Origin: an uncultured Gammaproteobacteria bacterium
GTDB taxonomy: Bacteria; Pseudomonadota; Gammaproteobacteria; DRLM01
DNA length: 64,000 bases
Reading direction: 5' to 3'
Assembly: GCA_963729605.1 (NCBI GenBank)
Contig: CAVSNY010000006.1
Coordinates: forward strand, 224,001 to 288,000
Shown here one piece after another: positions 41,775 to 52,892 of the stretch (positions within the stretch are counted from its first letter, which is position 1; every line of letters starts with the position of its first letter). A program made the position numbers and the translations under genes. Below the pieces are notes generated by a model. It was not told the DNA's origin, ran no database searches, and saw only the letters and a list, made by a program, of their open reading frames with translations.

Positions 41775-44700
41775 TGAATATCGGGCGGTGTATAACCCTT
41801 GGCTTCCGCCGTCTGACTCGCCGCCGCCGTGGTCCTCCCCGGCGTGATGAAACCGACCGCCTTGCGCGCGTTGCGGAACATGCGCAGCCACGGCCCGTCT
41901 TCCCGCCACTCGGCGGGATGCCAACTGTTTTGCACGGCGCGGAACACCCGTTCGGGATGAGGCATCATGATGGTGACGCGGCCGTCGGCGCTGGTGAGTC
42001 CGGTGATGCCCAAGGGCGAGCCGTTGGGATTGTAAGGATAGTGTTCGGTGGGTGCGCCGCGATGATCCACATAACGCAGGCTGACCAGACCGGCGGCCAA
42101 GGCCTGATGCGGATTGTGCCCCTCGCCGAACTCGGCGCGGCCTTCGCCGTGCGCGACGGCGATGGGCAGACGCGCGCCGGCCATGCCTTGCAGGAACAAG
42201 GAGGGCGACTCCACCACTTCCACCAGCGAGTAACGCGCCTCGAATTGTTCGGAACGGTTGCGCAGGAAACGCGGCCAATGTTCGGCGCCGGGGATGAGTT
42301 CCTTCAAATGCGACAACATCTGGCAGCCGTTGCACACGCCGAGGGTGAAACTGTCCGCGCGCTGGAAAAACGCCGCGAATTGATCGCGGGCGCGGCTGTT
42401 GAACAATATGGATTTGGCCCAGCCGCCGCCGGCGCCCAGCACGTCGCCGTAGGAAAAACCGCCGCAGGCGGCCAGGCCCTGGAAATCGGCGAGATCGAAA
42501 CGCCCCGCCAGGATATCGCTCATGTGCACGTCCACCGCGGCGAAGCCGGCGCGGTCGAAGGCCGCCGCCATTTCCACCTGGCCGTTGACGCCCTGTTCGC
42601 GCAGCACGGCGATACGCGGCCGCACGCCGCTGGCAATGTAAGGCGCGGCGATGTCGTCCTCGATGTCGAAGGGCAGCGCCACGTTGAGGCCGGGATCGGC
42701 GCGGTCCAATATCCGGTCGTATTCCTGCTGCGCGCAATGCGGGTTGTCGCGTAGCGCCTGCATGCGATAACTGGTCTCGGACCACGCGCGCTGGAAATTC
42801 ACCCGCGCGTCGGCCAGTACTTCCTTGTGGCCGCGGGTGAAGACAATCCGGTCCTCGTCATTGAGCGTGCCGATGACGTGGCTGTGTTTGCTCAAGCCCG
42901 CCTCGCGCAGCGCCGCCAGCACCTCCTCGGTGTCGCAGTGACGCACTTGCAGCACCGCGCCCAGCTCTTCGCTGAACAAGGCCGCCGCGTTGTCCTCGCC
43001 GACGTCGTCGAGCGCGACAGTGAAGCCGACCCGGCCGGCGAAGGCCATTTCGCAGAGGGTGACGAACAGGCCGCCGTCGGAGCGGTCGTGATAGGCGAGG
43101 ATCAGCTCCTCTTGATTGAGGGCCTGGACGGCGTCGAAGAACTCACGCAAGACATTGGGATCGTCCAAGTCGGCGGGGTGATGGCCCAGCTGTTTATAAA
43201 CTTGAGTCAGCGCCGAACCGCCGAGACGGTTGCGGCCCTTGCCGAGGTCGATGAGGATGAGATCGGTGTCGCCGCGGTCGGTCCGCAATTGCGGGGTGAG
43301 GGTACGCCGCACGTCCTCCACCGGGGCGAAGGCGCTGACGATCAGCGACAAGGGCGCGGCCATCTCGCGGCGCTCGCCGTCTTGCTCCCACACGGTTTTC
43401 ATGGAGAGCGAATCCTTGCCGACCGGAATGGCGAGGCCGAGCGCGGGACACAGCTCCATGCCGATCGCCTTCACCGCGTCGAACAGGCCGGCGTCTTCGC
43501 CCGGATGGCCGGCGGCGGCCATCCAGTTGGCGGAGAGTTTGACGTCGCCGATGAATTCGATGCCGGCGGCGGCGATGTTGGTCACCGCCTCGCCCACCGC
43601 CATCCGCGCCGAGGCGGCGTGATGCAGCAACGCCACCGGGGTGCGTTCGCCCATAGCCATCGCCTCGCCGCCGTATTCGTGGAAACAACTCGCGGTGACC
43701 GCGCAATCGGCCACCGGCACCTGCCAGGGACCGACCATCTGGTCGCGGGTCACCAGGCCGCTGACGCTGCGGTCGCCGATGGTGATCAGGAAACTCTTGT
43801 CCGCCACCGCCGGCAGACGCAACACCCGCAGCGCCGCCTCGCGCAGGTCCAAGCCCGCCGTCGCGAACTCCGGTTTGGGGTGGGTGTGGCGGCGCACGTC
43901 GCGGAACAGCTTGGGCGGCTTGCCCAGCAAGACGGACATCGGCATGTCCACCGGCGTGTTGTCGAACAGCCCGTCGCCCACCACCAACTGTTGTACCTCG
44001 GTCACTTCGCCCACCACCGCGTAGGGACAGCGCTCGCGTTCGCACAGGGCCTCGAACAGTTCCAGGTCTTCCGGCTTCACCGCCAGCACATAACGTTCCT
44101 GGGATTCGTTGGACCACAGCTGCATGGGCGACATGCCGGGTTCGTCGTTGGGCACGGCGCGCAGTTCGATGCGCGCGCCCCGGCCGCTGTCGTTGACCAG
44201 TTCGGGCAAGGCGTTGGACAATCCGCCCGCCCCCACGTCGTGGATGGAGATGATGGGATTTTTATCGTTGAGCTGCCAGCAGCGGTCGATCACTTCCTGC
44301 GCCCGCCGCTCCATCTCCGGGTTGCCGCGCTGCACCGAGGCATAGTCGAGATCCGCGTGGCTGGCGCCGCTGGTCACCGACGAGGCCGCGCCGCCGCCGA
44401 GGCCGATCAGCATGGCCGGGCCGCCCAGCACGATGAGCTGCGGCGCCGGGCGGCAACTGCCCTTTATCCACATGCTGCGGCCGAATGGTGCCCATGCCGC
44501 CGGCGATCATGATCGGTTTGTGATAACCGCGCAGTTCGCTGCCGTGGACACCGGGCACTTGTTCTTCGAAGGTGCGGAAATAGCCGCAGAGATTGGGCCG
44601 GCCGAATTCGTTATTGAAGGCGGCGGCGCCGATCGGGCCTTCCAGCATGATGTCGAGGGCGGAGGCGATGCGCTCCGGCTTGCCGTAGTCGGTCTCCCAC

Positions 44701-45750
44701 GGTTGCATGAAATCGGGGATGCGCAGATTGGATACTGAAAAACCGCACAAACCCGCCTTGGGCTTGGCGCCGCGGCCGGTGGCGCCCTCGTCGCGAATCT
44801 CGCCGCCGGAGCCGGTGGCGGCGCCGGGAAAGGGCGAGATGGCGGTGGGATGATTGTGGGTCTCCACCTTGATGGCGATGTGGCCGTCCTCGCGCCAGCG
44901 GGCGTATTCGCCGTGGTTTTCGGGGCGCGGGAAAAACCGTTCGGCGCGCGGCCCGGCGATCACCGCGGCATTGTCGCGATAGGCGGACAGCAGACCGTCG
45001 GGCCAGCGCGCGGCGGTGTTGCGTATCATGTCGAACAGGCTTTTGTCCTGGTCCACGCCGTCGATGCGCCAACCGGCGTTGAAGATCTTGTGGCGGCAAT
45101 GTTCGGAATTGGCCTGGGCGAACATCATCAGCTCGACGTCGCTGGGATTGCGCTCGAGCTGGGCGAAACTCTCCAGCAGGTAGTCGATCTCCTCGCCGCT
45201 GAGGGCGAGTCCCAGCGTCCGGTTGGCCTCTTCCAGGGCCGCGCGGCCGCCGCCCAGCAGGTCATACGGTTTTCAGCGGGGCGGGCTCGGCGCTGGCGAA
45301 CAGGCCTTCCGCCTCGTCCAGACTGGTGAGCACGGTTTCGGTCATGCGGTCGTGCAATAAAGCCGCGAGGACGGCGGCGTGGGCATCCAAACCCTCGCCG
45401 TTGGCGAAACTGATGTAGTAGGCGGTGCCGCGCTCCACCCGCCGCACCGTGGCCAGGCCGCAATTGTGGACGATGTCGGTGGCCTTGCTGGCCCAGGGGG
45501 AAATCGTGCCGAAGCGCGGTACCACCAGCAGCAAACCGGCGCCGGGCGGCGCGGGGACGGGGACGTCATCGGCGATCAACAGAGCGGTCAGCCGCGCCTG
45601 CTCCGCCTCGTCAAAACGCTGTTCGCCGTCGATGAAATAGACCTGTTCGACGTGGATACCCGAGACGGTGGGCACCTCGGCCCGCGCGGCGGCGATGAGC
45701 TTTTCCAAACGAAAAGAAGACCAGGCGGTGCGGCCGCGCAGATAGAGCAT
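41771..45750 (-). CDS. purL: Phosphoribosylformylglycinamidine synthase, large PurL (two apparent 1-nt insertions near 45264 and 44443)
   Basis: [53 protein letters not shown] across three ORFs. Confidence 0.93.
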
Positions 45751-45831
45751 GTAATTCTCCCCAGGCTTAGGCGCGAAAGGCGCTCATTTTATCATCCCCC
45801 GTCGCGTCCACGCGGGAGAATTCTAGTTTAT

Positions 45832-45926
45832 TTAAGGAAGCTCTGAATAATGCCGTCCCGGAATTGCAGGGCACGGGCGGCAAATCCATGCGCCGCGTAG
45901 CCTCTGAATAAATGAGCGTCCCTTAA
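45832..45926. repeat. Small inverted-repeat element ending on the purC stop codon
   Basis: TTAAGGAAGCTC ... GAGCGTCCCTTAA ends; internal direct repeat CTCTGAATAA at 45841 and 45902. Confidence 0.6.
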
Positions 45927-46636
45927 GACAGGTCCACGCCCAGGCGCCGCGCCACTTCCTCGTAGGCCTCGATGACGTTGCCGAGGTCCTGGCGGAAGCG
46001 GTCTTTGTCGAGTTTTTCGCGAGTCTTGGCGTCCCACAGACGGCAGCCGTCGGGGCTGAACTCGTCGCCCAATAAAACCTGGCCCTGATAACGGCCGAAT
46101 TCCAGTTTGTAATCCACCAGCAATATGCCGGCGTCGAGAAAGAGCGGCTTCAGCACCGCGTTGACCTGGAAGGTCAGTTCCTTCATGCGCGCGACTTCTT
46201 CCTCGCTGGCCCAGCCGAAGGTGCGGATGTGCGAGTCGTTGACCATGGGGTCGTGCAGCGCGTCGTTCTTGAGAAAGAATTCGAAGGTGGGCGGATCGAG
46301 TTCGGTGCCTTCCTTGATACCCAAACGGCGGCACATGCTGCCCGCCGCGATATTGCGCACCACGCACTCCACCGGAATCATCTCCAGGCGCTTGACCAGC
46401 GACTCGGTGTCGGACAACAGCCGCTCGAAATGGCTGGGTATGCCGGCCTCGGCCAGCTTGCCCATGATGAAGGCGTTGAACTTGTTGTTGACCGCACCCT
46501 TGCGGGCCAGGCTGGCCTTTTTGCCGCCGTCGAAGGCCGAGGTGTCATCGCGAAAACGCATGACGTAGCGTGCGGGATCGTCGGTGGCGAACACCGATTT
46601 GGCCTTGCCCGTGTACAGTTCTTTGCCGATTTGCAT
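45923..46636 (-). CDS. purC: SAICAR synthetase
   Basis: [30 protein letters not shown]. Confidence 0.96.
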   Translation of the reverse strand: MQIGKELYTGKAKSVFATDDPARYVMRFRDDTSAFDGGKKASLARKGAVNNKFNAFIMGKLAEAGIPSHFERLLSDTESLVKRLEMIPVECVVRNIAAGSMCRRLGIKEGTELDPPTFEFFLKNDALHDPMVNDSHIRTFGWASEEEVARMKELTFQVNAVLKPLFLDAGILLVDYKLEFGRYQGQVLLGDEFSPDGCRLWDAKTREKLDKDRFRQDLGNVIEAYEEVARRLGVDLS

Positions 46637-46663
46637 AACTCACCTATCCCGTAACGCGCGGCC

Positions 46664-47425
46664 TTAACGCAGGTCGCGCCATTCCAAACCCTGTTCCTGA
46701 TCGGCGACGGCGATCCACTCGTCGTCGCAGTGCATGACCTCCGCCAAGGCGCGCCGCGCCAAGCGGGGGTGATTGTTCTTCTCGCTCAAATGGGCGGCCA
46801 CCACATGCTGAAAGCGGCGGCTGTCCAATTCCGCCAGTAAAGCCCCCGCCTGCGCATTGCTCAAATGGCCGTGGCGCCCGCCCACCCGTTGTTTGAGGCT
46901 GGGCGGGTAATGCCCCGCCGCCAGCATGTCCGCGTCGTGGTTGCATTCCAGCACCAAGGCGTCGCAGCCGCTCAGACTCGCCACGATATGCGGGGTGGCG
47001 GCGCCCACGTCGGTGAGTATCCCCAGCCGCCGCGCCCCGTCGCCGAACACGAACTGGCAGGGCTCGCGCGCATCGTGCGGCACCGGAAACGGACTCACCT
47101 CCACGTCGCCGATGGCGAAGGGGGAGTGGCAGTCGAATTCGCGGCATTCGGGCAGCTCCAGCAGCTTCGCCGCCCGCGCCGTCCCCGGCGTCGCCCACAC
47201 CGCCACCCCGTGGGTCCGCGCCAGGGTCGCCACGCCGCTGGCGTGGTCGCCGTGCTCATGGGTGACCAGCACCGCGGTCAAGTCCCGCGCCCGTTTACCC
47301 GCCCGCGCCAAGCGCTGTTCCAACTGCACCAGCGAAAATCCGCAATCGAGCAAGACGCTGGTGGCGCCCACCTCCACCAGGGTGGCGTTGCCGCGGCTGC
47401 CGCTGCCGAGCACCGTGAAGCGCAC
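46664..47425 (-). CDS. MBL-fold metallohydrolase (YycJ/WalJ-like)
   Basis: LGSGSRGNA, THEHGDH, HLSEKNN. Confidence 0.9.
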   Translation of the reverse strand: MRFTVLGSGSRGNATLVEVGATSVLLDCGFSLVQLEQRLARAGKRARDLTAVLVTHEHGDHASGVATLARTHGVAVWATPGTARAAKLLELPECREFDCHSPFAIGDVEVSPFPVPHDAREPCQFVFGDGARRLGILTDVGAATPHIVASLSGCDALVLECNHDADMLAAGHYPPSLKQRVGGRHGHLSNAQAGALLAELDSRRFQHVVAAHLSEKNNHPRLARRALAEVMHCDDEWIAVADQEQGLEWRDLR

Positions 47426-47428
47426 GCC

Positions 47429-48487
47429 TTATTCCATCTTCTCTTTCAGTCGCTCCAAAATACGCTCGCCGATGCTGGTGCGCACCGCCGCGCCGCCCGG
47501 GTGTTGCACCACCGCCACGGTGGCGTCGCCGCGGCCTTGCAATTGCACGCGGTATTGCGCCTCCGGATCGCCGGCGTTACTGCCGAACAAACGGCTAAAA
47601 AAGCCGGCGTTGGCATCTTCTTTAAACGCCTTGCCGAGCCGGATGAGGTACACCCCTTCGGCGCGGTTGCGGTCTTCGATGACGAAGCCGCCGCGCCCGA
47701 GCGCGAAACCGATGCGGCGCCAGGCCCGCTCGAAGTCTTCGGCGAGGCGCAGGGTGGTCACGCTGTCCGGGCCGGTCTCGATAACGCTGCGCACGCCGGG
47801 CAAGTCCGGCGCCGGTTCGGCGCTCGCGGTTTCACCGGCGAGGAAGTCTTGCAGGCGGTCCAGCAGGTCGGCCTCCAGCAGGGGATCGGCGGCGCGCGGC
47901 TGCCAGGTCTCGGCGCCGGCCGCGGTCACCCGCTGCAAACCGCTATGGCTCACGTACACCTCGGCGGTACCCTCCGCGCGCCCGGCCTCGACCCGCACCC
48001 GGAATTTATCGCGCAGCCCCGCCGCCAAGGCCTGGTTCAATTCGCCGCCCTGGGCCTCGGCGGTCCGCCAGTCGGTCTCCAGCACGCCGCGCGCGGCGTC
48101 TTCACCGGCGATCTCGAAACGCTCTTGCAGCAGAAAATCGCGGATCCGCGCCCGCACCGCGTCCGCGCCGCCCGGCACCACCAGCCAGCGTAACGCGCCC
48201 TCGCGTTCAAGCCGCAGGGTGGACGTCGTCGCGGTTGCGGCGACGGCCGTGGCCGCCGCGGGTACCGCGCCGGTCGTTGCGCCGGCCTCTTCGACGGCGG
48301 GCGCCGCGGGCGGCAACACCGGAACGGCGGTTGCGCTGTTCTTGGACGGATTGATGAGGTCCGGCGGCACCTCCAGCGGCGGCAGGGATTTGCTGTTTTT
48401 ATATTCGTCGTTTTTGGTGGCGCAGGCGGCGAGGACCGCGCACAGCACCACGATTCCGGCGGAGGAGAAACGTCGTATGAAAGACAT
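47429..48487 (-). CDS. bamC: Outer membrane assembly lipoprotein BamC/NlpB
   Basis: Lipobox LAAC, LEVPPDL, GVLETDW; located between dapA and purC. Confidence 0.85.
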   Translation of the reverse strand: MSFIRRFSSAGIVVLCAVLAACATKNDEYKNSKSLPPLEVPPDLINPSKNSATAVPVLPPAAPAVEEAGATTGAVPAAATAVAATATTSTLRLEREGALRWLVVPGGADAVRARIRDFLLQERFEIAGEDAARGVLETDWRTAEAQGGELNQALAAGLRDKFRVRVEAGRAEGTAEVYVSHSGLQRVTAAGAETWQPRAADPLLEADLLDRLQDFLAGETASAEPAPDLPGVRSVIETGPDSVTTLRLAEDFERAWRRIGFALGRGGFVIEDRNRAEGVYLIRLGKAFKEDANAGFFSRLFGSNAGDPEAQYRVQLQGRGDATVAVVQHPGGAAVRTSIGERILERLKEKME

Positions 48488-48509
48488 GGGCACCTTTACG
48501 GAGAGGGAT

Positions 48510-49385
48510 TTAAAGAACACCGGCTTGCTTCATGGCCTGGCGCACGGCGTCGTGATAACGCTCGGACAGCGGGGTCAAGGGCAAACGGATACCGGGGGGG
48601 ATGAGCCCCATTTCATACAAGGCCCATTTGACGGGGATGGGGTTGGCCTCCACGAACAAGGTCTCGTGCAGACCGGCGAGGCGCGCATCGATGGCGGCGG
48701 CCTCGAGGCGCCGGCCGGCCAGCGCGGCGGCGCACATCTCGCTCATGCCGCGCGGCGCCACGTTGGCGGTGACCGAGATCACCCCTTTGCCGCCGAGCAG
48801 GATGAATTCCATGGCGGTGGCGTCGTCGCCGCTGTAGAGGTCGAGGCGATCGCCGCAGCGGCGCACCAGGTCGCGGGCGCGTTCGAGATTGCCGGTGGCC
48901 TCCTTGAGGCCGACGATGTTGGGCACCGCCGCGAGGCGCTCCACGGTCTCGGGCAACATGTCGACCGCGGTGCGGCCCGGCACGTTATAAAGAATCTGCG
49001 GTATCGGCACGGCCTCCGCCACCGCCTTGTGATGGCGGTATAAACCCTCCTGGGTGGGCTTGTTGTAATACGGCGTGACCAACAGGCAGGCGTCGGCGCC
49101 GCTCTCCATGGCGCTGCGGGTGAGGTCGATGGCCTCGCGGGTGGAATTGGAGCCGGTGCCGGCGATCACCGGTACGCGGCCGCGCGCGAATTCGACGACT
49201 TGGCGGATGACCTTGCAGTGTTCTTCCATGTCGAGCGTGGCGGACTCGCCGGTGGTGCCCACGGCGACGATGGCGTCGGTGCCCTGCTCGACGTGAAATT
49301 CGACGAGCCGCGCCAGACCGTCGGCGTCGAGGCTCTCGTCCGCCTGCATGGGGGTGACCAGGGCCACCATGCTACCGTGAAACAT
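48510..49385 (-). CDS. dapA: 4-hydroxy-tetrahydrodipicolinate synthase
   Basis: [21 protein letters not shown]. Confidence 0.96.
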   Translation of the reverse strand: MFHGSMVALVTPMQADESLDADGLARLVEFHVEQGTDAIVAVGTTGESATLDMEEHCKVIRQVVEFARGRVPVIAGTGSNSTREAIDLTRSAMESGADACLLVTPYYNKPTQEGLYRHHKAVAEAVPIPQILYNVPGRTAVDMLPETVERLAAVPNIVGLKEATGNLERARDLVRRCGDRLDLYSGDDATAMEFILLGGKGVISVTANVAPRGMSEMCAAALAGRRLEAAAIDARLAGLHETLFVEANPIPVKWALYEMGLIPPGIRLPLTPLSERYHDAVRQAMKQAGVL

Positions 49386-49605
49386 CGGAAAGAATCTCCA
49401 TGAATATCCATGACCGGGAATGGGCATGGTACTGACCACGGCGGGCGGTGACAAGCCGCGCGGAACCCGTGTTCCTACCACGCCGGAAGTGCCGTATGAT
49501 AACAAAACATCCGGGGTCGCGGATCGCAACATGAGGGGCCCGCCAAGACCCGGGATCGGCGGCCCGCGGGAACACGGCTCCACGCCATTACGCAAAGGAA
49601 TCTCC

Positions 49606-50073
49606 ATGACCAAAGTCACCGTCGGCAAACCCGTGCCGGATTTCGAACTCCCCGCCACCGGCGATCAAACCGTCCGGCTCTCGGACCTCAAGGGGCAAAA
49701 CGTCGTCCTCTATTTCTATCCCAAGGACAACACCCCCGGCTGCACCCTGGAAGGCCAGAACTTCCGCGACATGCATCCGCAATTCAAAAAGATGAACGCG
49801 ATCATTCTCGGCATTTCACGCGACGGCGTCGACTCGCACGAAACCTTTAAGGAGAACCAGTCTTTTCCTTTTGACTTATTGGCCGATGAACAAGAAAAGG
49901 TCTGCAAACTCTTCGATGTCATGAAGCCGAAGAACATGTACGGCAAAGAGGTGATCGGGGTTGAACGCAGCACGTTTCTCATCGACGCCGCCGGCGTATT
50001 GCGCCAGGAATGGCGTAAAGTCAAAGTCGAAGGCCACGCCGACGCGGTCCTGGCGGCCATCAAAGCGCTGTAA
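49606..50073 (+). CDS. bcp: Peroxiredoxin Bcp
   Basis: [20 protein letters not shown]; AAGGA RBS. Confidence 0.92.
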   Translation: MTKVTVGKPVPDFELPATGDQTVRLSDLKGQNVVLYFYPKDNTPGCTLEGQNFRDMHPQFKKMNAIILGISRDGVDSHETFKENQSFPFDLLADEQEKVCKLFDVMKPKNMYGKEVIGVERSTFLIDAAGVLRQEWRKVKVEGHADAVLAAIKAL

Positions 50074-50178
50074 TTCACGCTGCGCGCATCAGCTCGACAC
50101 CTCCCGCATTTCCTCCGCGCCTCCACTGGGGGCGCGTCATTGCCTCATTCCTCTCCTCCCCAACATAGGTAGTACCTT

Positions 50179-51582
50179 ATGTCGCCCAAGAAAAGGCAGC
50201 GCGGCCGCCACTTGATGATTCTGGACACCAATGTGTTGATGCACGATCCCTCGTGCCTCTTCCGCTTTCAAGAACACGACGTGTTCATTCCGATGATCGT
50301 GCTCGAAGAACTCGACAATAATAAACGCGGCCACTCGGAGGTGGCGCGCAACGCGCGCCAGGCCAGCCGCTTCATGGAAGAGCTGGTGCAAAACGCCTCG
50401 CGGCAGGACATCGAAAAAGGCCTGCCGCTGCCCGCCCTCAACGATGCCGATAGCGCCGGCGGACGCCTGTTCTTTCAAACCCGCACGTTGAATTACGACC
50501 TGCCGCGCGACCTGCCCAGCAATCTACCGGACAACACCATTCTCGCCACCGTGCTGGCCTTGCAGACCACCAATCCGGATCGCATGGTGGTGCTGGTGTC
50601 GAAAGACATCAACCTGCGGGTCAAGGCCGCGGCGCTCGGCATCCAGGCGGAAGATTATCGCGACGACCAAGTGCTGGACGATCTCAGCCTGCTCACCACC
50701 GGCCAAGTCACCCTGCCCGAGGAATTCTGGGAACGCAACGGCAAAAATCTCACCTCCTGGCAAAAAGACGGCAAGACCTTTTACAAGATCAACGGGCCGG
50801 ATGTGGAGAAGTGGTATACCAACACTTTTGTACACGACGGCAAGGACAACAGCCTGGAGGCCATCGTCCGCCATATCGACAAACAAGAAGCCACCATCGA
50901 AGTGTGCACCAATTACCGCAGCAGCCATCACAACGTGTGGGGCATCAACGCGCGCAATCGCGAACAGAACTTCGCGCTCAATATGCTGATGGACCCGGCC
51001 ATCGACTTCGTGTCATTGCTCGGCAACGCCGGCACCGGCAAAACCCTGCTCACCCTCGCCGCGGGCTTGGCGCAAGTGCTGGACGAACGGCGTTATCAGG
51101 AAATCATCATGACCCGCGCCACCGTGCCGATGGGCGAGGACATCGGTTTTCTACCCGGCACCGAGGAAGAAAAAATGGTGCCGTGGATGGGCGCGCTGAT
51201 GGATAACCTGGAGGTGCTGGCCAGCAACGACGGCGGCAGCTGGGGCCGCGCCGCGACCAACGATTTGCTGCGCAATCGCATCAAAATCCACTCCATGAAT
51301 TTCATGCGCGGCCGCACCTTCCTCAACAAATACGTGATCATCGACGAGGCGCAGAATCTCACCTCCAAACAAATGAAGGCCCTGATCACCCGCGCCGGCC
51401 CCGGCACCAAGATGGTGGTGCTCGGCAACGTCGGCCAGATCGACACACCCTACCTCACCGAAACCACCTCCGGCCTCACCTATGTGGTGGACCGCTTCAA
51501 GGCCTGGGAACACAGCGGCCACATCACCCTGCGCAGCGGTGAACGCTCACGCCTGGCGGATTATGCGGCGGAGGCGCTGTGA
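50179..51582 (+). CDS. PIN-PhoH family protein
   Basis: LDTNVLMHDP PIN domain; GNAGTGKT, RGRT, DEAQN. Confidence 0.92.
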   Translation: MSPKKRQRGRHLMILDTNVLMHDPSCLFRFQEHDVFIPMIVLEELDNNKRGHSEVARNARQASRFMEELVQNASRQDIEKGLPLPALNDADSAGGRLFFQTRTLNYDLPRDLPSNLPDNTILATVLALQTTNPDRMVVLVSKDINLRVKAAALGIQAEDYRDDQVLDDLSLLTTGQVTLPEEFWERNGKNLTSWQKDGKTFYKINGPDVEKWYTNTFVHDGKDNSLEAIVRHIDKQEATIEVCTNYRSSHHNVWGINARNREQNFALNMLMDPAIDFVSLLGNAGTGKTLLTLAAGLAQVLDERRYQEIIMTRATVPMGEDIGFLPGTEEEKMVPWMGALMDNLEVLASNDGGSWGRAATNDLLRNRIKIHSMNFMRGRTFLNKYVIIDEAQNLTSKQMKALITRAGPGTKMVVLGNVGQIDTPYLTETTSGLTYVVDRFKAWEHSGHITLRSGERSRLADYAAEAL

Positions 51583-51668
51583 GCGGCGAGTTGCGGCGCG
51601 CACCGGCGCGGGCCGATATCCGGGATGTCGAAAATAATGAGAACCGTGTCGATCGCGAACGATGCGGT

Positions 51669-52433
51669 TCACTTGGTTTGCCGCGTCCTACGCCACTCAC
51701 CCTGCGTCTTGAATCGCGATGACATCCCGCCCGCGCTGAATTCGTCCAATGCCTCGGCCGCGAGATAGGCCTTGAGCGGCAAATGATCGGAGGCGAGACG
51801 CGCCAGCGGGCTGTCGTGAACCTCCAGATGCCGCAAGGCGGCGCGCGGCCGCACCCAGATGCGGTCGAGGGCGAACAAGGGCCAGCGGGCGGGAAAAGTG
51901 CGTGGTGAAGGCGTTTGCTTGAAATAGACATGCAACCAGCGCAGCGGCCGACCCCACAGATACCACTCGTTGATGTCGCCCAACAAGACCGCCGGACCTT
52001 GGAGTTCCGGTTGAAAGATTTCGAGTAGCCGCTGAACCTGAGTGCGCCGTTCGGACGGAAAGAGGCCGAGATGGGTCGCGACGACACAAAGGCGATACCG
52101 TCCGCAATCGAGCAACGCCTCGATGGCGCCGCGCGGCTCGTGGCCGGGCACGCTCAAATCGGTGCCCCGCTGTTCGAGAATCTTGAAACGCGTCAGCAGA
52201 CCGTTGCCGTAATGGCCGATGTTCCTTTGGAGCGTCGGTCCGGCGATGAAGGCCATGTCCATCGATCTCGCCAGATAACCGAGCATGTCGAAACCGGCGC
52301 TGGCATTGGATTCGACCTCCTGCAAGGCGATGATGTCGGCCTTGAGTTCTTTCAATACGCCCACCACGCGATCCGGGTCGACACGGCCGTCGCCGCCTTT
52401 GCAGCGATGGATATTGTAGGTGGCAAGTATCAT
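51669..52433 (-). CDS. Endonuclease/exonuclease/phosphatase family protein (YbhP-like)
   Basis: ATYNIH, ALQEV, GDINEW, LDRIW, SDHLP. Confidence 0.9.
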   Translation of the reverse strand: MILATYNIHRCKGGDGRVDPDRVVGVLKELKADIIALQEVESNASAGFDMLGYLARSMDMAFIAGPTLQRNIGHYGNGLLTRFKILEQRGTDLSVPGHEPRGAIEALLDCGRYRLCVVATHLGLFPSERRTQVQRLLEIFQPELQGPAVLLGDINEWYLWGRPLRWLHVYFKQTPSPRTFPARWPLFALDRIWVRPRAALRHLEVHDSPLARLASDHLPLKAYLAAEALDEFSAGGMSSRFKTQGEWRRTRQTK

Positions 52434-52892
52434 CACGTACTCCTTGGGTGGCAACTTCACATGCGTTGCAACCGACATACCACGGGGCGCGGCCACTATC
52501 CGAGCTTGAATACGGTCTCCAAAAAAGGCTAACCGACCCGGGGTCCATTCGTTGGCGGCGTTGTTAAATTTACAAAGTGGCGGTGTTTTTTTCCTTTTTT
52601 TGACGCGTCATAAATAAATAAACGACGGGATGGAAAGATAATTCGACACCCGGGCGCACTCGCGATTTTCCGAAAATTTCACTTATTTCCAGGGCAAACT
52701 TGCATCCTTCGCAATGCAAGTACGGCCTTTTTTAACAATCGGCTTTTATTGGCCGGTTTGTGAACTAGCCATTTTGCATGGCATGGCTTTTGTGTGCTCA
52801 ACGTCTATATCCGTAGTTTGGGACGCTCAGCGGGCTAACCGCCATCGCAGCTACCTTTCCATATACCTCACAACGAATAGAACGGGAACGCG

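Noticed and set aside
42827-44512. 561-aa + strand ORF
   Set aside because: Antisense to purL.
46865-49043. Long + strand ORFs of 442 and 705 aa
   Set aside because: Antisense shadows of the MBL hydrolase, bamC and dapA in high-GC DNA; no motifs.
49386-49605. Absence of gcvR between dapA and bcp
   Set aside because: Ordinary gene-order variation; no remnant visible.
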